Numbered from the stretch's first letter, positions 49,233 through 60,502 are shown. The stretch is 64,000 bases of DNA from Polyangiales bacterium (GCA_044229975.1 JBGARZ010000002.1:608001-672000); one strand, 5' to 3'. The notes: a model not told the origin generated them from the letters alone. Made by a program: numbers and translations.

Positions 49233-50140
49233 AGCTCAGCCCTGTTGCTGCGGCCCTCGCGCTGCCGCTCCTCGTGAGCTCATCAGCGAGCGCGTACTGC
49301 CGCACGATGACGACCCGCAGTCGCGCGCAGGAGGGCGAGTGCCCGATGTACGGCGTCGCCCTCTCGTGGCGAAACCTCTGCACCGGCTACTCGCTCTACC
49401 GCGCCAACCTCCAGGCCGGTCTCACGCTCCCCGACCTCGATCGCATCACCGCCTCCTCGACGGGCGCCTGGGGCCGCGTGGCCTGCGACGACAACGGCCG
49501 CGAGCCCCAGTACTTCCGCATCGTCCCCAACGGAACGACCTCCAACCCCACGGGCTACAACCCCTTCGGCCCCAACTCCAACACCGTGTCGTTTCGCCCG
49601 AAGTGGGAGGACGACGCGCTCCACCGGCCCGGCACCATCGCCATCACCGTGGTGACCTTCGACTCGCTGACGGGTGAGATCTTCGACGCCGACATCGAGC
49701 TCAACAGCCGCGCGTCCACCAACGCCGGGGGATTCGTCTTCGCCGTTGGGCGCATGCCCGAGCCCGACGAGTGCGACCTCCAGACGATTCTGACCCACGA
49801 GTTCGGGCACTTCCTCGGCCTCGCCCACTCCAACATCACCCGCGCGGTGATGTACCCGACGGCGGGCCTCGGCGAGATTCGCAGCGACCTCAACAACGAC
49901 GACTCCGCCGGCATCTGCGCCATCTACCCTGAGCGGGCGACCCCGCCGGGCCGCTGCATCGGCATCCCCTACGGCGGCCTCGCCACGACCCCGGGCGGCG
50001 CCCGCGTCGTCGGCGCCAACAACGTCTCCTGCGCCGTCGGTCGCGCGCCCGTCACCGCTTCGGGGCTGCTCCCGCTCTGCGCCTTCGCCGTGTTCACGCT
50101 CGCCCGACGTCGTCGGCGCGCGCCCGTGAATTGCGATTGA
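49229..50140 (+). CDS. Matrixin/M10-like zinc metalloprotease with MYXO-CTERM-like tail
   Basis: Signal ...ASA-YCRT; GEIFDADIELN; THEFGHFLGLAHS; Met-turn AVMYP; tail SCAVG-hydrophobic-RRRRR. Confidence 0.88.
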   Translation: MKLSPVAAALALPLLVSSSASAYCRTMTTRSRAQEGECPMYGVALSWRNLCTGYSLYRANLQAGLTLPDLDRITASSTGAWGRVACDDNGREPQYFRIVPNGTTSNPTGYNPFGPNSNTVSFRPKWEDDALHRPGTIAITVVTFDSLTGEIFDADIELNSRASTNAGGFVFAVGRMPEPDECDLQTILTHEFGHFLGLAHSNITRAVMYPTAGLGEIRSDLNNDDSAGICAIYPERATPPGRCIGIPYGGLATTPGGARVVGANNVSCAVGRAPVTASGLLPLCAFAVFTLARRRRRAPVNCD

Positions 50141-50292
50141 TGCCGAGGTTGTGACGTCCCGTTCGCGGTCCAACGCTCACAGCCCGCTGTGAACGCTTGT
50201 CCACGCGAATCCCTGCTCGTCGCCCCGGACCGTTGAACGTCTGCCGCGGGGACTCTCTTCGCGACCCGCGTGATTTTTCGACGGACGACCGT

Positions 50293-50308
50293 TGGTACGG
50301 CCGCTGCT
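50293..50308 (+). promoter_or_regulatory. Putative sigma54 promoter upstream of ECF sigma gene
   Basis: TGGTAC-GGCCG-CTGCT (GG-N10-GC), followed by GGAGG SD and ATG at 50338. Confidence 0.55.
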
Positions 50309-50337
50309 CTAGCGCTCCGCCGGAGGCAACAAGCGAT

Positions 50338-50949
50338 ATGACCCACCCGACCCACGAGACGACCCTCGACGATCAGGCCCTCGTCACCCGGCTGCTGCGC
50401 GGAGACGCAGCCGGTTGGAAGGAGTTCCAGGTGCGCTTCGACCGCCTCGTACGGCGACAGGTCGAGCGCGTCTGCCGCGGCTTCGCCCGCGTGCTGGGCA
50501 ACGACGAGATGGAGGAGATCCGCGCGGAGTTCTACCTCTCGCTGGTCGACCGCGAGATGCGCAAGCTCCGCCTCTTCGACCCGGCGCGCGGCCTCAAGCT
50601 CTCCAGCTGGGTCGCCCTGCTCGCAGGCAACTCGGCGCGCGACTTCCTCCGCTCGCACCGTCGCCGCCCCGCCACCCTGAGCTCCACCGGAGAGGTCGAC
50701 CGCGTCGACGACCGCGACCTCTTCGAGGACGCCGCGCGCAACGAGCGCTGCGGTCGCACCCTCGAAGCGCTCAAGGGCTTCGCGCCGCAAGACCAGCGCC
50801 TCCTCCTGATGCTCCACGTCGAGGAGGCGTCGGTCGAAGAGATCGCCCGCGCCTGCGGCGGCTCGGAGAAGACCGTCTACACCCGCGCGCATCGCATCCG
50901 CGCCCAGATGCGCCAGCGCTGCAACCCCTCCTCCTCCCTCGCCGCCTGA
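50338..50949 (+). CDS. ECF-type sigma-70 factor
   Basis: DDQALV..LLRGD..GW, FDPARG.KLSSWV, ARDFLR (sigma2); SVEEIA...SEKTVYTR.HRIR (sigma4). Confidence 0.85.
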   Translation: MTHPTHETTLDDQALVTRLLRGDAAGWKEFQVRFDRLVRRQVERVCRGFARVLGNDEMEEIRAEFYLSLVDREMRKLRLFDPARGLKLSSWVALLAGNSARDFLRSHRRRPATLSSTGEVDRVDDRDLFEDAARNERCGRTLEALKGFAPQDQRLLLMLHVEEASVEEIARACGGSEKTVYTRAHRIRAQMRQRCNPSSSLAA

Positions 50950-51011
50950 CCTCCCCAGAAATTACCGCTCCTCCCCGGCGCCCCCGCTACGGTGCGTTTG
51001 CACCCCGCGCC

Positions 51012-51587
51012 ATGTCGTCGTCGCTCACCACCCCCGCCCCCGCGACCTGGTCGCTCGGAGCCGCCCTCGTGGCCGCCCACCTCGCGCGACGCCTGGCCCA
51101 CCACGCCGGGCCCGACGCCCTCGTGCGCTGGGGCGCCATCCGCTCGGGCGACCACCGCCTCGCCGACTCGTGGCGACTCGCCGCGCACGGCTGGCTGCAC
51201 ATCCACGCGCTGCACCTGCTGCTCAACCTCGTGCCGCTGCTCCTCCTCGGCCCATGGATCGAGCGCCGCGTCGGACGTCGCCGCCTCATCGCCACATGGA
51301 CCGGCGCCACCGTCGCGGGCGGCCTGCTCGCCGCCACCACGGCTCCCTCGGGAGCGCTCGTGGTGGGCGCTTCGGGCGGTAGCTTCGGTCTCCTCGGCCT
51401 GACCCTCGCTCAGCTCGCAGCAACCCCGTCGCGCACGCGCACGGCGCTCGCGGCCTTCGTCGTCGTGCATCTCGCCGCCGACCTCGGCGACCCTGGCGCG
51501 GCGCTCTCCGCTCACCTCGGCGGGCTGCTCATGGGCGCCATGGCGGGCTTCGCGTTTCGCCCGCGCGGGACCGTCGCGACGGCGTAG
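51012..51587 (+). CDS. Rhomboid-family intramembrane serine protease
   Basis: WRL....LH....HLLLN, VGASG (catalytic Ser), AHLGG (catalytic His). Confidence 0.85.
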   Translation: MSSSLTTPAPATWSLGAALVAAHLARRLAHHAGPDALVRWGAIRSGDHRLADSWRLAAHGWLHIHALHLLLNLVPLLLLGPWIERRVGRRRLIATWTGATVAGGLLAATTAPSGALVVGASGGSFGLLGLTLAQLAATPSRTRTALAAFVVVHLAADLGDPGAALSAHLGGLLMGAMAGFAFRPRGTVATA

Positions 51588-51591
51588 CGGA

Positions 51592-52689
51592 TCAGCGCGG
51601 GGCCGTGCAGGCGATCTCGATCTGCAACGCCGCTGCGCTCATCGCGACGCGGTCGCAGGTCGCGCCGAACATGGTGAGCGTCGAGCGGTCGGCGTCGGTC
51701 CAGTCCCAGCCGTCCTGGCGGCTCGGGTCGCGGGTGATGGGCGTGGCGCCCTGGCTCACCGTCACCGTCGCCTCGGCCGGAACCGACCGGCCGACGCCAA
51801 ACACGCAGCGCGACACCTGCCGCTGGATCTGATCGAACGCGCTGGTGAGATCTTCCGGTCGGCGGACGCTGTAATAGGGCCGAGCCGAGGTCGCGGGGTT
51901 GGGTCGTCCACCGGCGACCGCGAGGCGCGAGAGCGAGGCGATGAGCTCGGGCTGACCGTCACCATCGATGCCCACGACGTAGGTGGGAATGCCGCCCGCC
52001 GCGAGCTCACGGAGCGCCTGCACCGTGCGCGCATCGTCGAGGCAGAGGGACGGGTCGTCCTCGCACTGCTGCTGGCCGGTGCCGCCGAGGGCCGTGCACT
52101 CGCAGCGCGCCCCATCGAGAGCGCCGTTGCAGTTGGGCGCGCCATCGGTCGCGAGGAGCAGCGCGCGAAACCGGTTCGGCGCCGCGCGGCCCTGGAGGTA
52201 GCGCCCCGCGGACTGAACCCCGAGCCAGGTCGGGGTGCGACCGTTGGGCCCGGTCTCGGCGAAGCGACGCAGGATGAGCGGTGCTTGCGCGAGCGCCGGG
52301 TTGAGGTCGGGGGTCGGCGCCACCGTGCAGAGGCCGACCACCCCGACGCCCGGGAAGAACTGCAACCCCATCGCGATGCGATCCTGATAGCGGGGGAGCG
52401 TGGTGGTGAGCGCGGAGATGAGAACGCCCCAGCGCTGAGGCACGCCCGCGCCGCCGAGCAGGTCGCGCTCCATGGAGGTCGAGCGGTCGGCGACGAGCAA
52501 GAGCTCGACCGACGAGGGTTGCGCGACCACGCGGGTCGGGACGCACACGTCGACGAGAGGAACGTCGCGCGGAACGTCCCCGGCGACGTCGACGCGATCG
52601 ACGCTGGCGTCGACGAGCAGGCCCGTCCTGGCGCCGCACGAGAACATCACCGACGCACAAGCTGCGATCAGTGCGTGGCCGTATCGCAT
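51592..52689 (-). CDS. CglB-like Cys-containing vWA lipoprotein
   Basis: Lipobox FSC-GARTGL; MIDAS VADRSTSM; GRTPT; LLATDGAPNC; TYVVG; DGWDW...GATC. Confidence 0.8.
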   Translation of the reverse strand: MRYGHALIAACASVMFSCGARTGLLVDASVDRVDVAGDVPRDVPLVDVCVPTRVVAQPSSVELLLVADRSTSMERDLLGGAGVPQRWGVLISALTTTLPRYQDRIAMGLQFFPGVGVVGLCTVAPTPDLNPALAQAPLILRRFAETGPNGRTPTWLGVQSAGRYLQGRAAPNRFRALLLATDGAPNCNGALDGARCECTALGGTGQQQCEDDPSLCLDDARTVQALRELAAGGIPTYVVGIDGDGQPELIASLSRLAVAGGRPNPATSARPYYSVRRPEDLTSAFDQIQRQVSRCVFGVGRSVPAEATVTVSQGATPITRDPSRQDGWDWTDADRSTLTMFGATCDRVAMSAAALQIEIACTAPR

Positions 52690-52713
52690 CGCCCAACCTC
52701 CCCTGCGGACCGC

Positions 52714-53976
52714 CTACGAGACCGAGTCCGTGGCCGCGTCGCCGTAGCCCAGGGCGTACTGCCGCCAATGGAGAAACAGCGTCTGCGCGATGGACATCAT
52801 CGGCACCGCGAGCAGCGCCCCGAGGATGCCGAAGGCGTGCTCACCCGCGAGCAGCGAGAACACGATGAGCACCGGGTGGATCTTCGCCTGGTCGCCCATG
52901 ATCTTTGGGTTGAGCAGGTTGGCTTCGAGCTGATGGATGCCGATGATCCAGAGCAGCACGAAGACGGCCGTGCCGAAGCTCTGCGTGAGCCCGATGGCGA
53001 CCGCGGGCACCGAGCTCAGCACCGTTCCGAAGATGGGGATGAGGGAGAACACCGTCGCGATCACGGCGAGCGTGGGCCAGTACTTCAGGTCGGCGAGCGC
53101 GAAGCCCACGGCGCTCAGCGAGCCGTTGACGAGGCAGATGATGAGCTGCCCGCGCACCACGCCCGAGAGACCGCGATCAAGGCGGCGCAGCAGCAGGTCG
53201 AAGGACTCGCGCGACTCCGGTCGCACCAGCGTGCGGAAAAAGCCCAGCACGCGCGCCTCGGTGATGAGCAGGTAGGCGCTCACCATCAGGGTCATGAAGA
53301 AGTTGAAGATGCCGCCGATGACGCCGCCGATGATGCCGCGGCCCACGCGCACCACATCGCCGACGTGCCCCTGCCCGAGGCGCCGCAGCTCGCGCTGCAT
53401 CGAGTCGCCTTCGCTCTGCGGCTGTCTCCGCGGTCGGATGCGCCAGTGCGAGTCGTCCTCCCGCTCGACGACCACGCCCTCGGGAGGCAGCGAGACGCGT
53501 AGCACCCCGTTGGCCTCCGGGGTCACCCGCAGCGCGCCGTCTTCGGGCGGGCGCTCGCCCGTCAGGTCGTTTTCTTCGCGCGGCGGTGTCGCGACGACGA
53601 CGCCCTGCGCCCGCGCCACCAGCGAGCGAACCTTCGGCATCCAGTCGCGCTCGGCCCGCGCGCGCAGCGTCGGCACCTCATGCACGAGAAACGATCGCGC
53701 CTCGGTCACCACCCGCGGCGTGATCGCGAGCAGCCCGAACACCAGACCCGCGACGAGCGTGACGTAGATGCCGAGCACCGCGGTCCACCGTGGCATCGAG
53801 CGACCGGCGACCTTCACGCGGGTGAGGGCACCGACCACCGGGTGCAGCACGTAGGCGAGCAGGGTGCCGATGACGAAGGGGCGCAGCACCGCCCACGAGA
53901 AGTAGAGCGACGTGGCGATGACCGCGACCCAGACGGCCGCGAAGAGGAGGCGCCGCCGGCGCACCACGTCGATCAT
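52714..53976 (-). CDS. AI-2E family transporter with soluble insertion
   Basis: PFVIGTLLAYVLHPVV, VRGQL, SLIPIFG, QLEANLLNPKIMG...IHP, GILGALLAVP. Confidence 0.88.
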   Translation of the reverse strand: MIDVVRRRRLLFAAVWVAVIATSLYFSWAVLRPFVIGTLLAYVLHPVVGALTRVKVAGRSMPRWTAVLGIYVTLVAGLVFGLLAITPRVVTEARSFLVHEVPTLRARAERDWMPKVRSLVARAQGVVVATPPREENDLTGERPPEDGALRVTPEANGVLRVSLPPEGVVVEREDDSHWRIRPRRQPQSEGDSMQRELRRLGQGHVGDVVRVGRGIIGGVIGGIFNFFMTLMVSAYLLITEARVLGFFRTLVRPESRESFDLLLRRLDRGLSGVVRGQLIICLVNGSLSAVGFALADLKYWPTLAVIATVFSLIPIFGTVLSSVPAVAIGLTQSFGTAVFVLLWIIGIHQLEANLLNPKIMGDQAKIHPVLIVFSLLAGEHAFGILGALLAVPMMSIAQTLFLHWRQYALGYGDAATDSVS

Positions 53977-54554
53977 CGACCGGACGCCTTGGCCTTGCGA
54001 GCGGGCTTGCGGCGACCGCCAGGCACCGAGTCGATGGGCGAGTCACCCAGCGGTCGGAAGTAGGGGGCCAGGCGGTTCCAGGTGTCGCTGAGGGCCTCGG
54101 GCATGACGCGGAGGTCGGCCACGACGGGCATGAAGTTCATGTCGCCGCGCCACCGCGGGACGATGTGCACGTGCAGGTGCTCGGCGATGCCCGCGCCCGC
54201 CGCCGCGCCGATGTTGATGCCGATGTTGATGCCCTCGGCGTTGACCGCGACCTTCAGCGCCGAGCCCGCGGCGCGCACCAGTTCGAAGAGCGCGGCGTGC
54301 TCCTTCGGGGTGAGCTCGTCGAGGTTGTTGGCGTGCCGCGTCGGCACGACCATCAGGTGACCCGCCGCGAAGGGGTATTTGTTGAGCATCACGAAGGCGT
54401 CGGCGCGCACGCACAGGATGAGGCGCTCGGGCAGCTTCGCGGGGTCTTCCGCGGGGTACTTGCAGAAGATGCAGCCGGGCTCCTTCGGGCCGCGGATGTA
54501 CTCCATGCGCCACGGGGCCCAGAGACGATTGGGGGAGTCGTTTCGGCTGGTCAC
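53973..54554 (-). CDS. HIT-family hydrolase (Ap4A phosphorylase/hydrolase-like)
   Basis: LWAPWRMEYI, CIFC, NKYPF..GHLMV, AGAGIAEHLHVHIVPRW. Start uncertain. Confidence 0.9.
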   Translation of the reverse strand: MTSRNDSPNRLWAPWRMEYIRGPKEPGCIFCKYPAEDPAKLPERLILCVRADAFVMLNKYPFAAGHLMVVPTRHANNLDELTPKEHAALFELVRAAGSALKVAVNAEGINIGINIGAAAGAGIAEHLHVHIVPRWRGDMNFMPVVADLRVMPEALSDTWNRLAPYFRPLGDSPIDSVPGGRRKPARKAKASGR

Positions 54555-54634
54555 GGAGCGCGCAGGGTGGCGCGCGTTGCCACAGGAATCAACGGCCAAC
54601 CGATCGGCGACCGCGACGCGTGCAGGACACCGGA

Positions 54635-54680
54635 GCCCCTCTCCTGCGAGGGAGAGGGGCGCGCGGCGGCGGGGGTGAGG
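54635..54680 (-). repeat. Hairpin / boxC- or REP-like element downstream of rpsA, possible terminator
   Basis: Perfect 10-bp stem GCCCCTCTCC-N6-GGAGAGGGGC (54635-54660), preceded on the minus strand by CCTCACCCCC; no U-tract. Confidence 0.6.
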
Positions 54681-54709
54681 TCAGGAAGGGAGGAGAGAGG
54701 AGGACGCGA

Positions 54710-56494
<1,785 letters not shown>

Positions 56495-56603
56495 GCAGTC
56501 GTTCTATGACCTGTCCTCGCGCACCGTCGGGGGGAGACTCTTCCTCACACCGCCGCGGCGACCATCGCCGCGCGTGTCAGGAAGAACCGATGGTGCAGTG
56601 GAG

Positions 56604-56649
56604 TTGACCGAGGAGCGTTGGTGGGTTCGCCGAACCCACTTCGGGTCAA
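56604..56649 (-). other. Stem-loop in rpsA 5' leader
   Basis: GTGGGTTCG-C-CGAACCCAC (56621-56639) enclosed by TTGACC...GGTCAA. Confidence 0.55.
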
Positions 56650-56657
56650 TGCGGGCT

Positions 56658-56686
56658 CTGTTAGAGCAATCGCCGAAACCTGTCAA
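56658..56686 (-). promoter_or_regulatory. Sigma70-type promoter for rpsA
   Basis: Minus strand TTGACA-17 nt-TAACAG; the -35 overlaps the cmk stop codon. Confidence 0.65.
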
Positions 56687-57372
56687 AGGGCTCCGCGCCC
56701 GCGGGCCAGAGCGACGATGGCCGCCACGACCTCGTCGGGCGTGAGCCGGTCACTGTCCACCCGTACAGCGTCGGCCGCCTCTCGCAGCGGGGCGATCTCC
56801 CGGCTCGCATCCTGGTGGTCGCGCTGCCGCACGTCCGCGAGCGTCGCCTCGTAGTCCGCGTCGGTGCCCTTCGCGCGAAGCTCCTCGCAGCGCCGACGCG
56901 CCCGCTCCTCCGCCGTCGCCGTGAGGAAGACCTTCAGCTCCGCTTGCGGAAACACCACCGTGCCGATGTCGCGGCCCTCCAGCACCACCGCCCCGTGACG
57001 GCCGAAGACCCGCTGCGCGTCGAGCAGCGCCTCGCGCACCGCCGGGTACGCCGCCACCGCGCTCGCGCCCATGGACATCTCCGGCGTCCGCAGCGCGTCG
57101 CCCGGATCGCTCCCGTCGATGAGCACCCGCGTGACGCCGCGATCGCCCGCTTCGAGACGCAGCGCGCCCGACGCCACCGCCGCCCGTACGGTCGCCTCCA
57201 CGCCCGCCCGGTCGCCCATCGCCACGCCCGCCCGCGAGGCCACCAGCGCCGACGCCCGGTAGAGCGACCCCGTGTCCACCAGCGTGTACCCGAGCGCCGC
57301 CGCCACCTGCCGCGCCACGGTGCTCTTGCCCGCGCCCGCGGGCCCGTCGATCGCCACCACGATGCCGCTCAT
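56683..57372 (-). CDS. cmk: Cytidylate kinase
   Basis: VAIDGPAGAGKST, DTGSLYR, VLEGRDIGTVVFP, RDHQDASR..APL; ATGA overlap with aroA. Confidence 0.95.
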   Translation of the reverse strand: MSGIVVAIDGPAGAGKSTVARQVAAALGYTLVDTGSLYRASALVASRAGVAMGDRAGVEATVRAAVASGALRLEAGDRGVTRVLIDGSDPGDALRTPEMSMGASAVAAYPAVREALLDAQRVFGRHGAVVLEGRDIGTVVFPQAELKVFLTATAEERARRRCEELRAKGTDADYEATLADVRQRDHQDASREIAPLREAADAVRVDSDRLTPDEVVAAIVALARGRGAL

Positions 57373-58727
57373 TCCATCACCTCGATGTCTCCGCCCAGTC
57401 CACGCAGCACCGCCGCGAAGTCCGGGTCGCTCGTGTCGACGCACGCGACGTCGTCGATGGTCGTCTCGCCGTCGGCCGCGAGCGCCAGCACCGCCGCCGC
57501 CATCGCGATGCGGTGATCGCCGCGCGTCGCCACCACGGCCCCGCCCTTCGGTCGTCCGCCGCGCACCAGCAACCCGTCCGCCGACGCCGCGTGCTCGATG
57601 CCGAAGGCCGCGAGCATCGCCGCGAGCGCTGCCACCCGATCGCTCTCCTTCACCCGCAGCTCGGCCAGGTCTTCGAAGCGGCTCTCGCCCGGCGACACCG
57701 CCGCCGCCGCCACCAGCGCCGGGATCTCGTCGATGCACCGCGTGGTCAGCTCGCCCGCGACATGCGCCGCCCGACGGAGCGTCCCCGTGCCCGCGACGCC
57801 GACGTGGAGGTCGCCCACCGGCTCGCCGCCGACCTCTCCCTTCGGTGCCACGCCCGCGCCGCCCCCCTGGTCGCGCAGCGCTTCGAGGAAGCCAGTGCGC
57901 GTCGGGTTGACGCCCACGCCGCGCACCTGGATCCGCGATCCCTCCACCACGTGCGCCGCCGCCACCCAGAACGCCGCCGCCGACGGATCGCCCGGGATCT
58001 CCAGGTCGAGCGGCGCGAGCGCACCGTCCCATCCGCTGGGGTCGAGCACGCACATCGGCCCGAGCGTTCGCAGCGGAACGCCCATCGCCAGCAGCATCCG
58101 CTCGGTGTGGTCGCGCGAGAGCGTGGGCTCGCGCAACGAGGTCTCGCCGTCCGCGAAGAGCCCGGAGAGCAGCAGGCACGACTTCACCTGCGCGCTCGCC
58201 GCGGCCAGCGACTCGTCGCTCGCGAAGAGCCTTCGTCCGCCCGTGAGACCGCGGATGACCAGCGGCGCCGTCTCGTCGCGTCGCACCGGGTCGATGGTCC
58301 CTTCGATGCTCGCGCCGCGGGCGCGCAGCGGTCGCGTGATGCGACCCATCGGGCGACGCGAGAGGGAGGCATCGCCAACCAGCGTCGTGTCGAAGCCCTG
58401 CGCAGCAAGAACGCCCGCGACCAGCCGCATGGACGTGCCCGCGTTGCCGCAGTCGAGCGTCGCGTCGGCGGGCGCACCGAGCCCACCGAGGCCGCGGCCC
58501 TCCACCCTCACCGAGCGCCCGTCCAACTGGTGCGTGGCGACACCGAGCGCCTCCATGATGGCGCGGGTGCGGGCCACGTCGTCGCCCGGCGAGAGCCCGC
58601 GCAGCACGCTGTCACCCTCGGCGAGCGACGCGAGAATCCACGCCCGGTGCGAGATGGACTTGTCGCCCGGGACGCGGAAGGCTCCGCGCAAGGGACGGGT
58701 CGCGGGGCGGACGATCCAACGGCGCAT
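57369..58727 (-). CDS. aroA: 3-phosphoshikimate 1-carboxyvinyltransferase (EPSP synthase, class II-type)
   Basis: PGDKSISHR, DCGNAGT, SAQVKS, RDHTERML, NPTR, IDEIP, LRVKESDR, DHRIAM. Confidence 0.95.
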   Translation of the reverse strand: MRRWIVRPATRPLRGAFRVPGDKSISHRAWILASLAEGDSVLRGLSPGDDVARTRAIMEALGVATHQLDGRSVRVEGRGLGGLGAPADATLDCGNAGTSMRLVAGVLAAQGFDTTLVGDASLSRRPMGRITRPLRARGASIEGTIDPVRRDETAPLVIRGLTGGRRLFASDESLAAASAQVKSCLLLSGLFADGETSLREPTLSRDHTERMLLAMGVPLRTLGPMCVLDPSGWDGALAPLDLEIPGDPSAAAFWVAAAHVVEGSRIQVRGVGVNPTRTGFLEALRDQGGGAGVAPKGEVGGEPVGDLHVGVAGTGTLRRAAHVAGELTTRCIDEIPALVAAAAVSPGESRFEDLAELRVKESDRVAALAAMLAAFGIEHAASADGLLVRGGRPKGGAVVATRGDHRIAMAAAVLALAADGETTIDDVACVDTSDPDFAAVLRGLGGDIEVME

Positions 58728-58795
58728 GCGCGGCGGCATACACGATCGACCCCCTCGGCGTCACGAGCGCGCGCCGGGCTGATACAACCGTCGCC

Positions 58796-60502
58796 ATGGA
58801 CTTCGCCCGCCGCTCCATCGTCGCCGCCTGTCTGCTCTCGCTCGCCGCCGGCTGCGACGACGCACCGACCACACCAGTCGATGCCGCCGTGTCCGACCTG
58901 GGCAGCGATACGGGCTCCGACCTCGGCTTTGCTGTCGATGTGCCTGAAGCCGTCGATGCGGGCGCGGCTGATGTGGTCGACGCGAGCGCCTTCGGCCCGG
59001 GACCGTATGGCCTTCGCCCGCGCGACCTCGCGGGCCCGTTTACCGTGATGACCGAGGCGGGCCCGTGGTCACTGCAAGAGCACTTCACTGGCGAGGACAG
59101 CTACGTGTTCATCGTGGTGACGGCGGCGAGCTACTCGACCAACCTGCTCGCCGGAAGCATCGAAGAGCTCATCGATCGCTCACCCCGCAACGTCCACTAT
59201 TTCTTCCTCACCACCACGGCGACGACGCAGCTCGAAGCCTTCCAGCAGCGCACCCAGGAGGCGCTCGGCAACCTCGGCGAGGAAGACCGCGCGCACTGGG
59301 CGCAGCGCTTTCACTTCGTGAGCGAAAACCTCACGACGATGCAGAACTGGCTCGGCGAGCTCTACCGCGCGCGCCGCAACACCACGAACATGGTCCCGCG
59401 CTACGAGTCGGTGCAGTGGGCGGTCGACCGCACGCAGCACATCCGCGAGGTGGGCCAGCTCGGTCGCCTCGCCTCTGGGGGACTGCGCCTCGAGCTCCCG
59501 CTGCTCGCCAACGAGGCCCGCTACTACAACTTCGAGTACGCCCGCGAAGCCGAGCTCGCGTCGCACCCCGCCACCACCGTCACGCTCCTCGACCACGCCA
59601 TGGTCGTCGACAACATCGACGTCGACGCGACGCTGCCCGACGCGACCGCAATGGCGAGCTTCGACACGCTCGAAGTCGACCTGAGCACCGACTGCGTCAA
59701 CCGCCGCGACGGTGACTGCGGCGCGTGGGACTACCTCTCGCACCTCTGGCTGTGCTCTGAAGCGACACCCTCCGCCGACGCAGGCGCCCCCTCTCCCGAC
59801 GCGGGACCGCAGTGGCGCTGCGACACCGAGCTCGCCCGCTGGATCACCACCTACTGGCGCGAGGGCCGCTGGGTCACCGACATCTCGGGCGTTCTTCCGC
59901 TGCTCCGCGCGGGCGGGCGGCAGCACCTCCGCTGGTACGCGTCGCGGCAGTTCGATCCGCGGCCCGCTCCCTATGTCGCGAGCCTCTCGCTGCGCTTCGG
60001 CAACCGCGCGCGAGCGGTGCGTCCCTTCGAGACGCGGCTGCTCTACCAGGGCGGCAACCTCAACGCGACGTGGACCGAGCGGCACCCCGCGCAGCGCTTC
60101 ACCGTGCCCGCCGACACGCGCCGCGCCGAGCTCTACGCGCTCATCACGGGTCATGGTTCGGAGACGAGCCAGTGCGCGGAGTTCTGCAACCACGGGCACC
60201 ACCTGCGGCTCAACAACAACGACCACGTCATCGACTTCCCTGAGGCGCGCTCGGCCGACGGGTGCAACGACATGGTCGACCAGGGCGTGGTGCCCAACCA
60301 GCACGGCACCTGGTACTTCGGCCGCGGCGGCTGGTGCCCGGGGTGGGACGTTCGGCCCGTCGTCATCGACGTCACCTCCGAGCTGCGCATGGGCGGCGAC
60401 AACGAGCTCACCTACGGGGTCACCGTCGACAACCGGGCCATCACCTCGATGGCGGGCTACGGCAACGTCGTCGTCACCGCCTACCTCGTGCTGTCGCGCT
60501 GA
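58796..60502 (+). CDS. Peptide-N-glycosidase F-like lipoprotein
   Basis: Lipobox AAGC; CGAWDY, ELARWITTY.R, ITGHG, CAEFCNH.H, GTW..GRGGWCPG (PNGase F-type motifs). Confidence 0.78.
   Translation: MDFARRSIVAACLLSLAAGCDDAPTTPVDAAVSDLGSDTGSDLGFAVDVPEAVDAGAADVVDASAFGPGPYGLRPRDLAGPFTVMTEAGPWSLQEHFTGEDSYVFIVVTAASYSTNLLAGSIEELIDRSPRNVHYFFLTTTATTQLEAFQQRTQEALGNLGEEDRAHWAQRFHFVSENLTTMQNWLGELYRARRNTTNMVPRYESVQWAVDRTQHIREVGQLGRLASGGLRLELPLLANEARYYNFEYAREAELASHPATTVTLLDHAMVVDNIDVDATLPDATAMASFDTLEVDLSTDCVNRRDGDCGAWDYLSHLWLCSEATPSADAGAPSPDAGPQWRCDTELARWITTYWREGRWVTDISGVLPLLRAGGRQHLRWYASRQFDPRPAPYVASLSLRFGNRARAVRPFETRLLYQGGNLNATWTERHPAQRFTVPADTRRAELYALITGHGSETSQCAEFCNHGHHLRLNNNDHVIDFPEARSADGCNDMVDQGVVPNQHGTWYFGRGGWCPGWDVRPVVIDVTSELRMGGDNELTYGVTVDNRAITSMAGYGNVVVTAYLVLSR

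Noticed and set aside
45325..50140. Apparent long N-terminal extensions of RseP, MoaC and the matrixin (likewise ProA, ProB, Cmk and the rhomboid elsewhere)
   Set aside because: The extensions overlap neighbouring real genes. Family motifs begin at the internal starts I used.
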